Source: Acanthaster planci (Eukaryota). From it: a DNA stretch of 64,000 bases. The position numbers were made by a program, and so were the translations under genes. The stretch is from contig NW_019091361.1 of NCBI RefSeq assembly GCF_001949145.1, positions 3,830,148 through 3,894,147 of the forward strand, written 5' to 3'. Below, one piece after another: positions 13,850 to 25,090 of the stretch; position 1 is the stretch's first letter, and each line of letters begins with the position of its first letter. The notes beneath the pieces were generated by a model. It saw only the letters and a program-made list of their open reading frames with translations, did no database searches and had not been told where the DNA came from.

Positions 13850-16800
13850 ATGAAGCTGCTCGCTCTCTTCGTGTGTGTGGCCTTCCTGTACGGTGTCTCC
13901 TCGGAGACATCGGACTTGGGCGACAGTGCAACTGCGGTGGCTGCAGACGATGCAACCGAAGACCGCGCAGTGGCCGTAGAATTCGATGACTTCACCGAGG
14001 ATGACGACACAGCAGAAATGGACGACGAAGCCGACTTGGATTGGGATGACGATCAGACAGACGAAGATTGGGACGAGGAGCACGCGTTTCCCTTGATGTA
14101 TGAAGACCAGTACCAATACACTGATGGTAAGTAAGCGTATTTCCCATAAAATAGTTTTCTTGGCATCAGCAATCAATTTTGAACTATCACCAAGTACATA
14201 TGCCCCCAGATAAATTGAGCCGTTAGTTTTGGGGACAACGCAAAGTAGAAAAAAATGAAATTTGTTACAGCGTTTAGGAAATGTTTTTTCATTCACAAAA
14301 TATCACATAAATTCCATAATCATTGTTTATAACATCAAGCAAATCTGCCTGTTTTATTTTTTTTTCAAATTTGTGCCTGTCCATTTGATTGGTACTTTTT
14401 CTTTCGCGGGAAGCGGCTACACAGGATCATGTTCACAAACTGTCAATTCTAAAAAAGAGGACTAATTCCCAGGCATGTTGGCCGTGCAGTGTTTCTCGCG
14501 TGCGAGGTTATATTGGGGGTATATCACCCCACACCTTTTGAGGTTGGGGATGGGCTATTGCATCACCCCCCCCCACTTTTTGTGATGAGCAAAAATTAAA
14601 GCGGACTGTGAAGAAGTTTCAGGATTTCCCAACGACTTTAATGTTTGCAATATCACTATTAAAAAGGGAACATCAATTAAAAAAGCCATGAATATGACGT
14701 AAGATTGTGCATAAATTTCATACACGTCACAGATGTACATCTTTACGATGAACATCGCCCCCTATATGGTGTATATGGTGCCACCCCTCCCCCCACGTTT
14801 TTCAAATTTATAGCTGGGCAAGTCATCCCCCCACTTTCCCCACCCCACCTCCAATATCTAACACAAATTTACGTCACTGGGGACTGACAATAATTACGGA
14901 GCATTTTATCTTCTCTTGTCCAAGGTGCAAAGGCATCGGTACTAATCGATTTGAAAAAAACTTTTCTCTATAATCTTAAGCACCTTTTTTTTGTAATTCC
15001 ATGCATTCTATTTTTGATTATTTCCCTCAGCGTTGGAGCCGGCCACTAGTCCCGAAGTTGAGTGGATTCGCTTCAGGTGTCGAGGACTCAGGTGTTGTTT
15101 GTCGACCAGAATCTTCAGAAGGGGATTCAGCGGTAAGCAACTCCCCGATTATTAGACTAAGGGAATAAAATACGTGTTTGACAAGTCTTAAACGTGCGTT
15201 TAAGACCCGCTCCGGAGGACTAGGCATAATCACTTGTCAGCAGGCATCATCAAATGTAAGTACACGGTCAAGTTACACGTTGTTGAGTAGGGAGACTTTG
15301 ATATTTATGAAAAAGGGATAAAGTTTTCTCTGGTTTCTCGGTGGCTTTTGAATCCCATTTTCTCGAACCTTTATTTGCCTATCGTTGCAAAGTCCTGTTC
15401 CGTTGCTTTGGATAATTTTTCTCTCGCTTTAGTCTTTCAAAACACTTTTCGAAGTCTAAAAGTTAAGAAAACATTCTTCATGTAAACGATAACCTAGTTT
15501 GGCCAACTTATGATAAGTCAGAAAGAATATTTTCATTTTGCCGAACTCCCCCGTCCATTTTATTTTAGAGTTGTCCAAAAGAACCTAGTCTATGGACTTG
15601 GCGCAGGCGTGCTGACCTATCACACGGAGACTCTTGACCTATCAGAATCGATTAAACTGTCTCGTATCCAAGCGCCACTGTGTGATTTACGCTGGCAGTG
15701 GGCATTACTTCTCAGCTGGCGTTAGACTGGTTCCCGTCCCGTACGTAGTCTCCAGACATCCTCCGAACGCGGGATCGGTAACGGATAATGAATCCGGAAG
15801 AATCCTGCCGGACGGTAAATGAGGAAATAATGGCCGCTCAATACACTGATCAATCAAAAGCTGATAGCATTATTTTTTTCTTTCTCGTTACCGAAAATAA
15901 CTTCACCATAAATTGTTCCTTTATATACAATGTAACACACTTACCACTGATTTGAAATAAATTGCAGAAATGATTTATGAATGATAATCATTGAAAGATA
16001 AATTACTTTACTTTACTTCAAATATTCTTTTGATTTTACGTGTCGAGTCATCCTGACAGACTCTTCCAAAAAAATCCGCAGCCTGAAAAGTCTGAATTTA
16101 GCATACCTTTATGTATTTTGTGTCTTAACTCCTTACTTTTAATCATCTGATCGTATTTAGAATTGAAGCTGACACATAAAGCCTCGTTTTCCAACGCGGA
16201 AGTGCGCAGATCGATGCTAATAGCGTCGTATTGGGATCCCTCTATTGCACCGATGGGGCCTGGGCTCGAGTCCCGGCTTGGCCCAGGCTTTAAGTGCATT
16301 TGGTTTCCAGTTCATACTCGCTCTCGCAGGTTTTCTCGGGGTACCCCGGTTTCCCCGCCTCTAAAACTGGACCTTGTTCCTAACGTCCTTAAGGTGATTC
16401 GATTAATACATGTTATGAACATAATTCGCAAATAGCCCGAGTATACCTGAAAGCTGAAAGCGCCATTAAAACAAAACAACAACTCCTGCCCGCGGAAACG
16501 TTTTTCGTGTTAAAGCATTGCTTCTGGCCTGACAAAAACTGAAATATTCGGCGTCCAAACTAACAGGGCTTATCCAACACATTAAACCGCAGCTGCTAGC
16601 TACTAGTCTAAACAAACATTATCAAATGTTTAGTACACGGTCAGGTTACCCGTTGTTGAATAGGGACACTGTCTGAGGTATGAGAAAGTTCTCTTTGATT
16701 GTCGATGGCTTTTGAATCCCGTTTGCTCTGACCTTCATTTTGTCATCATCGCAAAGTCCTGTTCCGTTGCTTTAGATAATTTTCTCTTGCTTTCGTCTTT

Positions 16801-18122
16801 CAAAACATATCCGAAGTCCAAAAATTAAATAACAATTAAAAATCATCAATAGTATAAATGCTGACCTAATTTGGCCAACTTGGGATAAGTCAGAGAGAAA
16901 ATGTAATCTTCTTTCTTAAATTAGGTCTTTTTCAATCCAAATTCCTTGTGTTTCTAAACTTTACGAACCATTTCTTTTCAGCCTGCTTGAGGGGCTTTTA
17001 CAGAAATAACAGAATAGGCTACAAAGTGACCGTCAATGGGAGGACTTTTATCCAGAGGTCCGTCAGAGGTAAGATTCCGAGACTCGTACATGAATTTCAA
17101 AGTTTGGATAACTTTTCTCCTCCAGTGAAGTTTGCATGCGAACAGCTGCACGGAAACGGCNGGGCGGGGGTGTGACAAAACTACAAGAAATATTCGAAAG
17201 CATTCGTAAGTGGCAAAAGCCGGGCAGCCCCTTTTTTAAATTAAAGAACGATTACCAACAACTAAATGAATGGATAAAATGAACAAATAACTATATACCA
17301 TCAGCTGATGTTAAAAAAAATTCGATATCGGTTAGTTTTGCATGTGTTAAAAAAATTACAGGAAGTTGTATTCAGGTTACATTTTCATAACAACGTAAAG
17401 TACGCCTACATGCATTCATGAAGAAATATCCCCAGGGAATTATATTCATAAATTTGGGAGGTGATTGATCAGAGATAGAGAGAGAGAGGGGGGGGAGTGG
17501 AGAGAGAGAGATGTTAATTTTTATATTAGAAGTTTGTTTTGCCCTGCAACGGAGTATATTTTTCTAATGCAACGGCGTATATTTTTCTGATGCAACGGCG
17601 TATATTTTTTCTGATGCAACGGCGTATATTTTTTTCTAATGCAAGTATCTTAGAAAATACATATATAGCGGTATGAGCTGCTGATCTGCTCCGAATTTAG
17701 CAGCCGACCCTGGCAAGCTTGGTTAGAGTGATTAGAGTTCTGCCCCAGTAATTAGGAGATGGTTGTCCGGCGCGTCCCAGTGCCATTTTTCTTGAGTCAT
17801 AATGTCTATATAAATTACGCCTGTTAAAGGTGAAACGCCAAGTACCAAAATATTCTTTCGGATTGATTTCCAGGCTGTTCAAAGTTAATATGCACATTTT
17901 CCGTTACTTCACACAGTGGGCGCCAACGAAATCATGTACTGCAAGAAATTCAGAATAGCTTGGTTCCTTAAGAAGACAGTCTGCGCGGGGCTGACCGACA
18001 TCAACATTCGAAGGAACGGATACCGCATTCAACACATCTCGGCTCGAGCCAAGATCCAGGTTAGGGGGCGCCTGGGTTTCACCAAGAAGACCAAACCATT
18101 CACACTTTACCGCCGCCGCTAG
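13850..18122 (+). CDS. Secreted prepro-protein A, 223 aa: signal peptide + acidic propiece + 120-aa highly cationic six-Cys domain (candidate host-defence protein; possibly DUF4773-like)
   Basis: Exons 13850-14126, 15031-15132, 16982-17068, 17917-18122 (672 nt; all introns GT-AG and phase 1; no stops). Basic domain: WIRFRCRGLRCCLSTRIFRRGFSACLRGFYRNNRIGYKVTVNGRTFIQRSVRVGANEIMYCKKFRIAWFLKKTVCAGLTDINIRRNGYRIQHISARAKIQVRGRLGFTKKTKPFTLYRRR*. The same exon structure is conserved in paralog B. Confidence 0.85.
16028..16245 (-). mobile_element. One end of a non-autonomous DNA element (same family as the insert in the Gypsy 3' LTR)
   Basis: Reverse complement of 30379-30600; ends GGGATCCCTCTAT. Confidence 0.75.
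16246..16480 (+). mobile_element. 5'-truncated tRNA-derived SINE
   Basis: Closely similar to 8687-8800 (TGCACCGATG.GGCCTGGG.TCGAGTCCCGGCTTGGCCCAGGCTTT...CATACTCGCTCTCGCAGGTTTTCT); the 3' boundary is approximate. Confidence 0.7.
17545..17645. repeat. Minisatellite, about 4 x 22-26 bp (TGCAACGGCGTATATTTTTCTRA)
   Basis: Direct tandem copies in intron 3 of paralog A; not expanded in paralog B. Confidence 0.8.
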
Positions 18123-19116
18123 ATCCACCACATCGCTCTTCCGATGCTTTAGAATTATAATCGGTTCCGTCGTAATGTTACAGAGTCTCTGTAATGATAG
18201 CGCCATGAAATTGTTGAGTTTTAAGGGATCTTACGTTTCTCTTTTAATTTCTTTTGATTTTTCTCCTCCATTCCCAACCCCAATTTGATTTAAAATTCGG
18301 GCTTTTTTAGTTTGAGAAAAAAAGAGATCTGATATTGACTTCTTTATAGACAAACGTCAAATTCGTATACGCAGATGTCAAAATAATTTATGACTGTGGT
18401 CTCACAACAATAACAACATTATATTCACGCATCCTGTTGCATGAGTTGGGTAAAATATAATGAATTTGGTACATTTGGATTTATGCAATGTTGCTGTCCA
18501 GCTTTTTGTGGGTAAATGGATGCTTTGGAAAGCAGGGAAATTATGTTACCCGGGAATAAATTTTAAGCAAATATTATTGAGATTATCATCAGCAGCTTAA
18601 CAGTCAATAATACTTGCAACTGCGGTTGTTTATGAGAGCATTACATACTGTCTGATGTTTATTTCATTTCGTCAGTCTTGAGGCCTTCTTTTTCGATAAT
18701 AAAGATCCTTTTAGGCCATTTCACCATGGCTGCAGCACACCAGTTTCTACTGAGATCACAAGCACTGCCGTAAAAGTAACTCGCGTGGGTACCAGCGATT
18801 TGTCTCGGCGGCTACACATAGAGTTATATTAAAACAAATTCGTGCAGATAAACCATTTGGAACGGAATACATTTGGTGATAAAACACTTCAAACTAACAT
18901 TTATCAAGTGAACTGGGCATCAGGATTTTTCTTATCAAAAATTTTAACTGTTCCTGTTCTGCAGAAAACAATTGAGAAAAGTGGTACGTTGATGCGGAAG
19001 AATGATTGTTGACAGGAACGAAGTCAATGCATATCACCCCATGAAAATCTTATTCTGGTTCTCTTAGAGATCAAACCCACCTCCAAACTTACCGAATAAA
19101 GTCCAGGAGGCAACAA

Positions 19117-19340
19117 TTACATTCTCCGAAGTTTATTTCACAGCAAAACCCGTAATCATATAGTTATCCGTTCTTCACATTCTGAAGTTTCATTCGGTGA
19201 AAGTACGTGGGATTATACCTACATTCTCTGAAGTTAATTTCACCGCAAAACCCGCAGTCATATGGTTCTCCGTTCTTTACATTCTGAAGTTTCATTCGGT
19301 GAAAGTACGTGACTGGGATTATACCTACAACTCTCTGAAA
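19117..19340. repeat. Tandem duplication of an about 102-bp unit
   Basis: Two adjacent copies of ...ACATTCTGAAGTTTCATTCGGTGAAAGTACGT...; a single copy at the paralogous site about 47655-47760. Confidence 0.8.
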
Positions 19341-19498
19341 ATAATTATTCAAGTAACATTGTCAGGTGTATCCTTGTCGGGCTTTTTTGACGGTGACTCG
19401 CCAGACTTCTGAACCAGTGCAGAATGCTCATCCTGTCTTCTTCCGGCCCTTCCATGCAGCCAAACCCTGCTGGCCAGAGCTCGTCTCCGAGAAGAGAG

Positions 19499-19746
19499 CA
19501 CGGACGTGTATAACAAAATCTGGACTCGCAATGCCTTTAATCAGCTTATAGAGTCATTAAATCCACTCGCGGCAACTTTACCGAGCCGCATACAAAGCTT
19601 TCCTGGCAATGCCCGCCTTTGTTCTTCCTGACGTCAATAGAAGGGAGCCAGCCCACGATTTTGTCTTCGGCTGGGTAAAATGGCCGCTGGTTGGTTTCTT
19701 TTTCATACAAAGGCGTTGCAAGTCCAGGTTTTTATATACGTCCGTG
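19499..19746. mobile_element. MITE with CACGGACG termini and 8-bp TSD (hAT/P-like)
   Basis: About 38-bp imperfect TIRs; TSD GAAGAGAG/GAGGAGAG; clean empty site CCGAGAAGAGAGCAGAC at about 47917-47934 in unit B. Confidence 0.85.
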
Positions 19747-20000
19747 GAGGAGAGCAGACTTCTCCAACAATACCTGGAGGTACTCGTCCGCCTTTGACAG
19801 CCCATCACCGAACCCATGAGGCTAAACATCCTAAATAACATGTTCTCAACTTTGAAACTAGCGCCCCCTGTGTTCCATTTACGTTTATTTTGAATAGTGC
19901 ACTTGGAATCACGAGGGCTGCGTGTTGTGGCATCATAAGTTGCCAGAACGGTTAATTTAGCGACAATGAGTCAATGAAAAGACTTCACGAAGAAATTTAA

Positions 20001-20582
20001 AGGAACCAGGAAATAGAAATATTTTGATAAATTTTACTAAAACCCTTGTAATTGCATCTTTGGGTTTCAATTAACCTGATTTAAAATTTTGTTTTACTAT
20101 TTTTACCCATACTTCGATGCTTTTTAGGTTTTATGTTAATGCTATTGGCATACTTATGAGCAGAACTATTATGTAATCCAAGGCACTGAATCTCAATGTT
20201 GCACTGATCTGTGCACAGAAATTTTCCAGATTTTTTTAACCACTGCTATGGCAGATTTCATTTTCTTTGGCAATTTACTGTTGTCTAAGTATATGGCAAT
20301 AACCCAGCGAAAATCCTTTTCACAGAAATGTTCCCAGATAGCAAATTTGGGATTCACGATTTGAACATGAAAACACGCAACCTGAACCATGCCTTCCTGG
20401 ATTTACGTCAAAGCAAAAGCCCCCTCATTTGTCCAGAAATGCTTGGTCAATTCTTAAAGTTTGAAAAATGCACCGTTCAGTTCATGTGACTCAAAAAAGA
20501 TGTCAAACAGTCTTCATACACGGAAGAAGAGTACAGAGATACACAAAAAGTGATTCTAAGAAAAATTCATTTCCTGGATCCT
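20001..20582. mobile_element. Kolobok-like MITE (AGG...CCT termini, TTAA TSD)
   Basis: TIR AGGAACCAGGAAAT / AGGATCCAGGAAAT; TTAA at 19997-20000 and 20583-20586; single TTAA empty site near 48172; relatives at 1583-2136 and about 61030-61360. Confidence 0.85.
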
Positions 20583-21495
20583 TTAAAGATAAGCTATACT
20601 CTGGGTTTGCAATGGTACAGGAAACCTAAATTGTAATGAGTGGATAAGCCATAAGCATAGATTTTGATTCAGAGGGTTCCATTCAAGGGCTACGTTAATC
20701 TGAGTACAAAAAATACGGTCATGACCATTATTGGATCCGGGAGTCACCGAGGATCATGCACCCCTTACAATAATTTGCTTTTCAAAAAGAGAAAGAAAGG
20801 CGATCTTGGGTGCTTCATTCCCCTGAAGTCTCATCATATCTCAGGAATGCCACAAAAATGTTTGCACACTAAATTTCCCCCACTAGGAAGCGACTTTTGC
20901 TCCAAACGGTTGTGGTTTCCTGTCTTGTGATTGGTCTGTTCATACATAGGCCTATCTAATGCATCGTTCTGGACCTCACAAACGAGACTCATGGTGAGAA
21001 GTTTACTCTCTCGCTTGTTGTTTACAAGTAAAAAAAAAGTTGTGAAACAACAGAGAGGATTTCAAGTCGGGAGTACTTCCAACCAATCCACACATCTGCT
21101 GCCAAGCTCCGGGAATTTAATATACTTTATTATCTAACCACTCTTAAAACCTTGGACAGAATTATGAATAATGCATAAGCATAGAGGGCGCCCTCTTCCA
21201 AAGCTGTTGAATCCACAGACATAAAATTTTATATGGGAATAAACATGTGTTTGACTGGTCTTAAACGCACGTTTAAGACCGGCTCAGGAGAATGGACACG
21301 ACTAATGTTTACCATCGATTTGTAGCTGACTGTTAATCTCTTAGAATTCACGCAATAATTTGGACATAATAAAAGTCAATGGACAGTCTAATTCTGTGCA
21401 GAAACTAACAATCTATTTATTGCTTTAATGACACTTCAATCAGTTTTATGTTCACGGACAATTGGTTTTTGGATAATTATAGTAAATTCTCTATG

Positions 21496-21566
21496 ACAAC
21501 CACAAGTAAACCACAAGGCAAACCACAAGGTAAACCACAAGGCAACCCACAAGGTAACCCACAAGT
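21496..21566. repeat. 12-bp minisatellite (AAACCACAAGGY)
   Basis: About six tandem units; gives the spurious KPQG repeat in the ORF track. Confidence 0.8.
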
Positions 21567-21879
21567 GTCATCCGCAGGTATCACCCACAACTTAAGTTTC
21601 TCACTTATTGTACACTTTCTAGAAATCGGACCCGAGTTAATAGTTTAGCTTTATACTTACGTTTGAATGTTTGTTGGTTCCCAAGATTCTTTATAGAGGC
21701 GTCTATGGAATTCCATAGCCTGGGGCCCTCATGCTTGACTGTATTTTGTGTAAGAGTAGTACGTGCAAAAGAGTGATGAAGTTTCTTGTGCTGTCTGTAA
21801 AAAAATCATTAAAATGAATAGTAATCAAGTGTAGCTATAGATTGCTGGTAGCAATACCTTCTACATCAATAGTACTTAT

Positions 21880-22490
21880 TTTCGGTTTAGAGTTAGTGCG
21901 GAGTATATGATTAATTATCTTCCAAGTATTTTAATTAATTATCTTCCAAGTATACTTGTAGTATCCTGAGAACAATATATCATATCCTTTGGGGAACGCT
22001 TTTCATTAGATCACCGACAAGTGCATCTTGGGAAGGCTACCAACTGCATGAAAAAACACGACCGGAGAAACAGAGTTAGTTTATGTAGATACGGTCTGTC
22101 CTTGCTGTTATTCGTGTTTCTCTGTTAAGAAACATTACAATACTTTTCAACATGAGTGTTAAATACATCCATGAACTTAGTGAATGCTAGATTAGTATCC
22201 TGTGTATTAAAGAGTGAGGACCAGAAATATTTGTGAAGTGCTTGTTTAAGGTTGGCTAGATTTTCGTGAGAATAATCACGTATGGAAGTGACGCGTGGAC
22301 TTGGACGCGTGGACTTGGACTTGACTTGACAGTCAAGCTAAAGGAAGTAAATATAGGACAATAATTGGATACATCTGCAACCAAGATCCCAGATTTAGGA
22401 GGTGGTAATATATTAGTGATCCTAGTTGGATTGGTAAGAAGTGGCAAACATGAGGAGTAAATTAAATCTAAGAATTTCAGATCAGGTATA
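21880..22490 (-). mobile_element. Decayed LINE (CR1/L2-like) fragment
   Basis: Minus-strand translation LDLIYSSCLPLLTNPTRIT...SGILVADVSNYCPIF resembles the AP-endonuclease C-terminal SGIxxxDxSDHxPIF motif; TWKIIN lies downstream. Confidence 0.55.
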
Positions 22491-23366
22491 GATTAAAATC
22501 TCCTGAAATTAAGCAAGGCTCATTTTCATTTGTAATTAATTGGAAAAGGGTTTTAAAGTTGGTAATAAAACAAGCAAAGTTTGCATCGGGGGTTTATATA
22601 CAATCCCAGTTATAAGGTTGGCGGTCCCGTGGAAGTTTTAAAAAACGCAGCTCTGGTGTTTGTTGAGTGCTTGATAAACACAATGGAACACAGCAGTGCA
22701 CATGGACCATTTCGGATGATAATCAGGAATTTTTTTTGTGTCAGGTTGATACACACGCCATATAGTATACGTTACAAACGCGTCACGTCGACGCGTTCCT
22801 GCAACATCCCCACCTTTCACCCACAATGCACCGCGGTAAACACTGCATTACGTCATTATGTTGTAGGTCTATTCCAAGTGACTAGCCTCTCCAGACCAAG
22901 GCCCAGCCCTCTCAACCACAAGGGCTTATCCAGGTCTGCAGGTCAACACAATATCTGTTTTACAGTGCTAGCACCAACCACAAGCTTCCAGACACATTGG
23001 CAAGTACCCAGACAATGGCCTGGTAAATTTTCCAAAGGGGAAAGGAGTATTTTAAAGGGGAGTAGGTATTCCGTGCATTAACGTAATGTAGTAGTGTTTT
23101 GTGTACAAATATAGGAGGATGATATAACCCCCCCGTTCCAGTCACTGCCAGGGCGATCCCATGATTGACACCCCTCTCAAAAGGTAGGTGGGGAAAGTAA
23201 GGAAAGTGACGGGAGTTCGATCAGGCAATGCGTGGCAGTGTGTAGAACAATCAGATCACGTGATTTCTGGGAGTATTTGAGAGCAAGCTCCCACCTCAGA
23301 GGGACTATTTATATAAGAATTTTCATTCAGCCAGGTCTCACACAATCTATGTCCAGTCGTAAATAA

Positions 23367-23784
23367 TGCAGTGGACTATTTGTTTTCCCGTGGTTCCAAG
23401 TCAACGGCGCCACCGCCGACGGCGGAGTGGCTTCGGCGGCGCGCACCTGGCCTGGTTTTGGAATTTGGCTGGCGTGCGCTCCGGAAATAGGTAGCTATAA
23501 ATAGATCGCTTTAATTAGCTTCAAATTTGTTGGGTACGCGGAAAAGGCTTGGCTGGATTCCAGGGATGAGTCAATTGCTACAATGTTATACTTATCCACA
23601 CGGTGTGCTTTTGTACATGGAGAACGATCAGTTGTGTTTTTGGAAGCTTTGTGGCAGGTAGCCGATCTTAATTTATTAAAACAAGTAACTGAGTTTGGAG
23701 TTTAAAGCCTTGAGTGAACTGTGTCCCCCTTTCCAAGCGTTTGGCTGGATTGAGGGACAAGAGCCCAATTAGGTTTACGCTACA
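23367..23784 (+). repeat. 5' LTR
   Basis: 418-bp direct repeat of 30180-31023 once the MITE in the latter is removed; contains TATAAA. Confidence 0.9.
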
Positions 23785-23786
23785 AT

Positions 23787-23804
23787 TGGTGGCAGCGGTG
23801 GGAT
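23787..23804 (+). promoter_or_regulatory. Primer-binding site complementary to tRNA-Leu
   Basis: TGGTGGCAGCGGTGGGAT, 2 nt after the LTR end; reverse complement of the tRNA-Leu(AAG/TAG) 3' end ...ATCCCACCGCTGCCA-CCA, recalled from memory. Confidence 0.85.
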
Positions 23805-23834
23805 AATTCTTGACTGTTCAACGGAGAAGTTTTT

Positions 23835-25064
23835 ATGGCGAGCTTTACGATGGAGCTCGCAAGAAATGTTGCGGAAGCCATCAGCAACATTTCCACTGAG
23901 ATCGACCGGTTGGAGCGTTCAATTTTGGAAAGTTATGGAGCTACTCGTGGTTCCTCATTAGGAGCCAGGAGACGGCAACGCTGCGTACCGGAGACACCGG
24001 ACCCCCTTTCCAAGGACCATAGCAGCAGGCGACGAAAACCACAAAGCTTGTGGAAGCGCAAAAAGAAACTCGCGTCAGATCTTCGCGAACAGTGGCGGGC
24101 AGTGTGCAGTGAGTCTGACAGTGATGACCACCATTCTGACTGTCCTCAATCTCCAGCTCCGCCCCACCCGACTGAGGCATGCTGCGGTTGCAAACCTCGT
24201 AATGTGGGCGGGCACACGGCATTGCATACTGATACCACTGCTGGTGGATACAGTGCTGCAAATGCGGTTGACCAGCATGCAAACTTGGAACACACCGCAG
24301 CAGCACCGCGAGTAAAGGTTCGAAAGTATGACGGGTCGTCATGCATTGAGGATTACCTGGTGCACCTGGTCAGCAGGATCAACTGTTGGAATCAGGAGCA
24401 GAGGGCGGACTATCTGATGGTCGCCCTGAAAGGCCCAGGGCTGGAAGTTGCATGTTCCTTGCCAAGAGAGTCCCAGTCGTCCTTGGACGAGTTAGTCAAG
24501 GCCCTTGAGCGACGATTTGGGACTGCAAAACATGGCATTCGTCACCGCGCTGAACTGACTTCACGGAAAAGGCGTACAGGGGAGACTATGGCCGAGTTGG
24601 GCCGAGCCATCAGAAAGTTGGTCCGCCGAACCTACCCTTACAGAAGCTCCAAGTTTACGGAGGATTTTGCACTTAAACAGTTTAAGAACGCGCTGGACGA
24701 CACTGACCTCAAACGAGCACTATTCCAAGGGAAGCCGCCGCTTGACGAAGCTGTAGAGATTTTTGCAGAGGCTAAAGCATGGTTCAAGACGGAGAAGGCT
24801 GGACGATCAAGGACAGTTATGTCCAACGCCAACGCGGTGAAATCTGCGGAGCCTGCGCAAACTGATGAGGTGGCAACAATGGTGCGTGAACTTTTGGAAA
24901 TACAGCGCCGTGGCAAAGGAATAAAGAAGGCCGATGACTGGATGCCAGGATGCTGGAGGTGCGGTAGCCCGGACCATTTTTGGGCCCAATGTCCCCACCT
25001 AAAGGACGACCAGCAACCGTTAAACAAGGTAAGGCAGGTCTCAGGGCCGGAAGTCCAGCCATAG
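23835..25064 (+). CDS. gag: Gypsy Gag (409 aa, open)
   Basis: KYDG...YL, retrotransposon-gag helical region, and a C-terminal CCHC knuckle CWRCGSPDHFWAQC. Confidence 0.85.
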   Translation: MASFTMELARNVAEAISNISTEIDRLERSILESYGATRGSSLGARRRQRCVPETPDPLSKDHSSRRRKPQSLWKRKKKLASDLREQWRAVCSESDSDDHHSDCPQSPAPPHPTEACCGCKPRNVGGHTALHTDTTAGGYSAANAVDQHANLEHTAAAPRVKVRKYDGSSCIEDYLVHLVSRINCWNQEQRADYLMVALKGPGLEVACSLPRESQSSLDELVKALERRFGTAKHGIRHRAELTSRKRRTGETMAELGRAIRKLVRRTYPYRSSKFTEDFALKQFKNALDDTDLKRALFQGKPPLDEAVEIFAEAKAWFKTEKAGRSRTVMSNANAVKSAEPAQTDEVATMVRELLEIQRRGKGIKKADDWMPGCWRCGSPDHFWAQCPHLKDDQQPLNKVRQVSGPEVQP

Positions 25065-25090
25065 ATATCCAGAGGCCCAGTGAACCTTAA

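Larger units (their letters stand above)
7700..20890 (+). repeat. Segmental duplication unit A (paralogous to about 32240-49960)
   Basis: Colinear similarity blocks: 7710/32245, 8350/32640, 9000-9380/33030-33415, 9400-10380/36220-37200, 10700-12210/37255-38830, 13110-14126/40530-41492, 18210-19990/46690-48170, 20665-20890/48843-49960. The blocks are interrupted by unit-specific transposon insertions. Confidence 0.9.

Noticed and set aside
13850..14134. Single-exon 94-aa acidic peptide (and the 96-aa equivalent at 41210-41500)
   Set aside because: The stop lies just inside a GTAAGT donor; downstream in-frame exons are conserved in both paralogs, so these are first exons.
19380..19840. GC-richer block conserved in both units, possibly a minus-strand exon
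   Set aside because: Interrupted by a MITE in unit A and by stops or indels in both units; at most a pseudo-exon.
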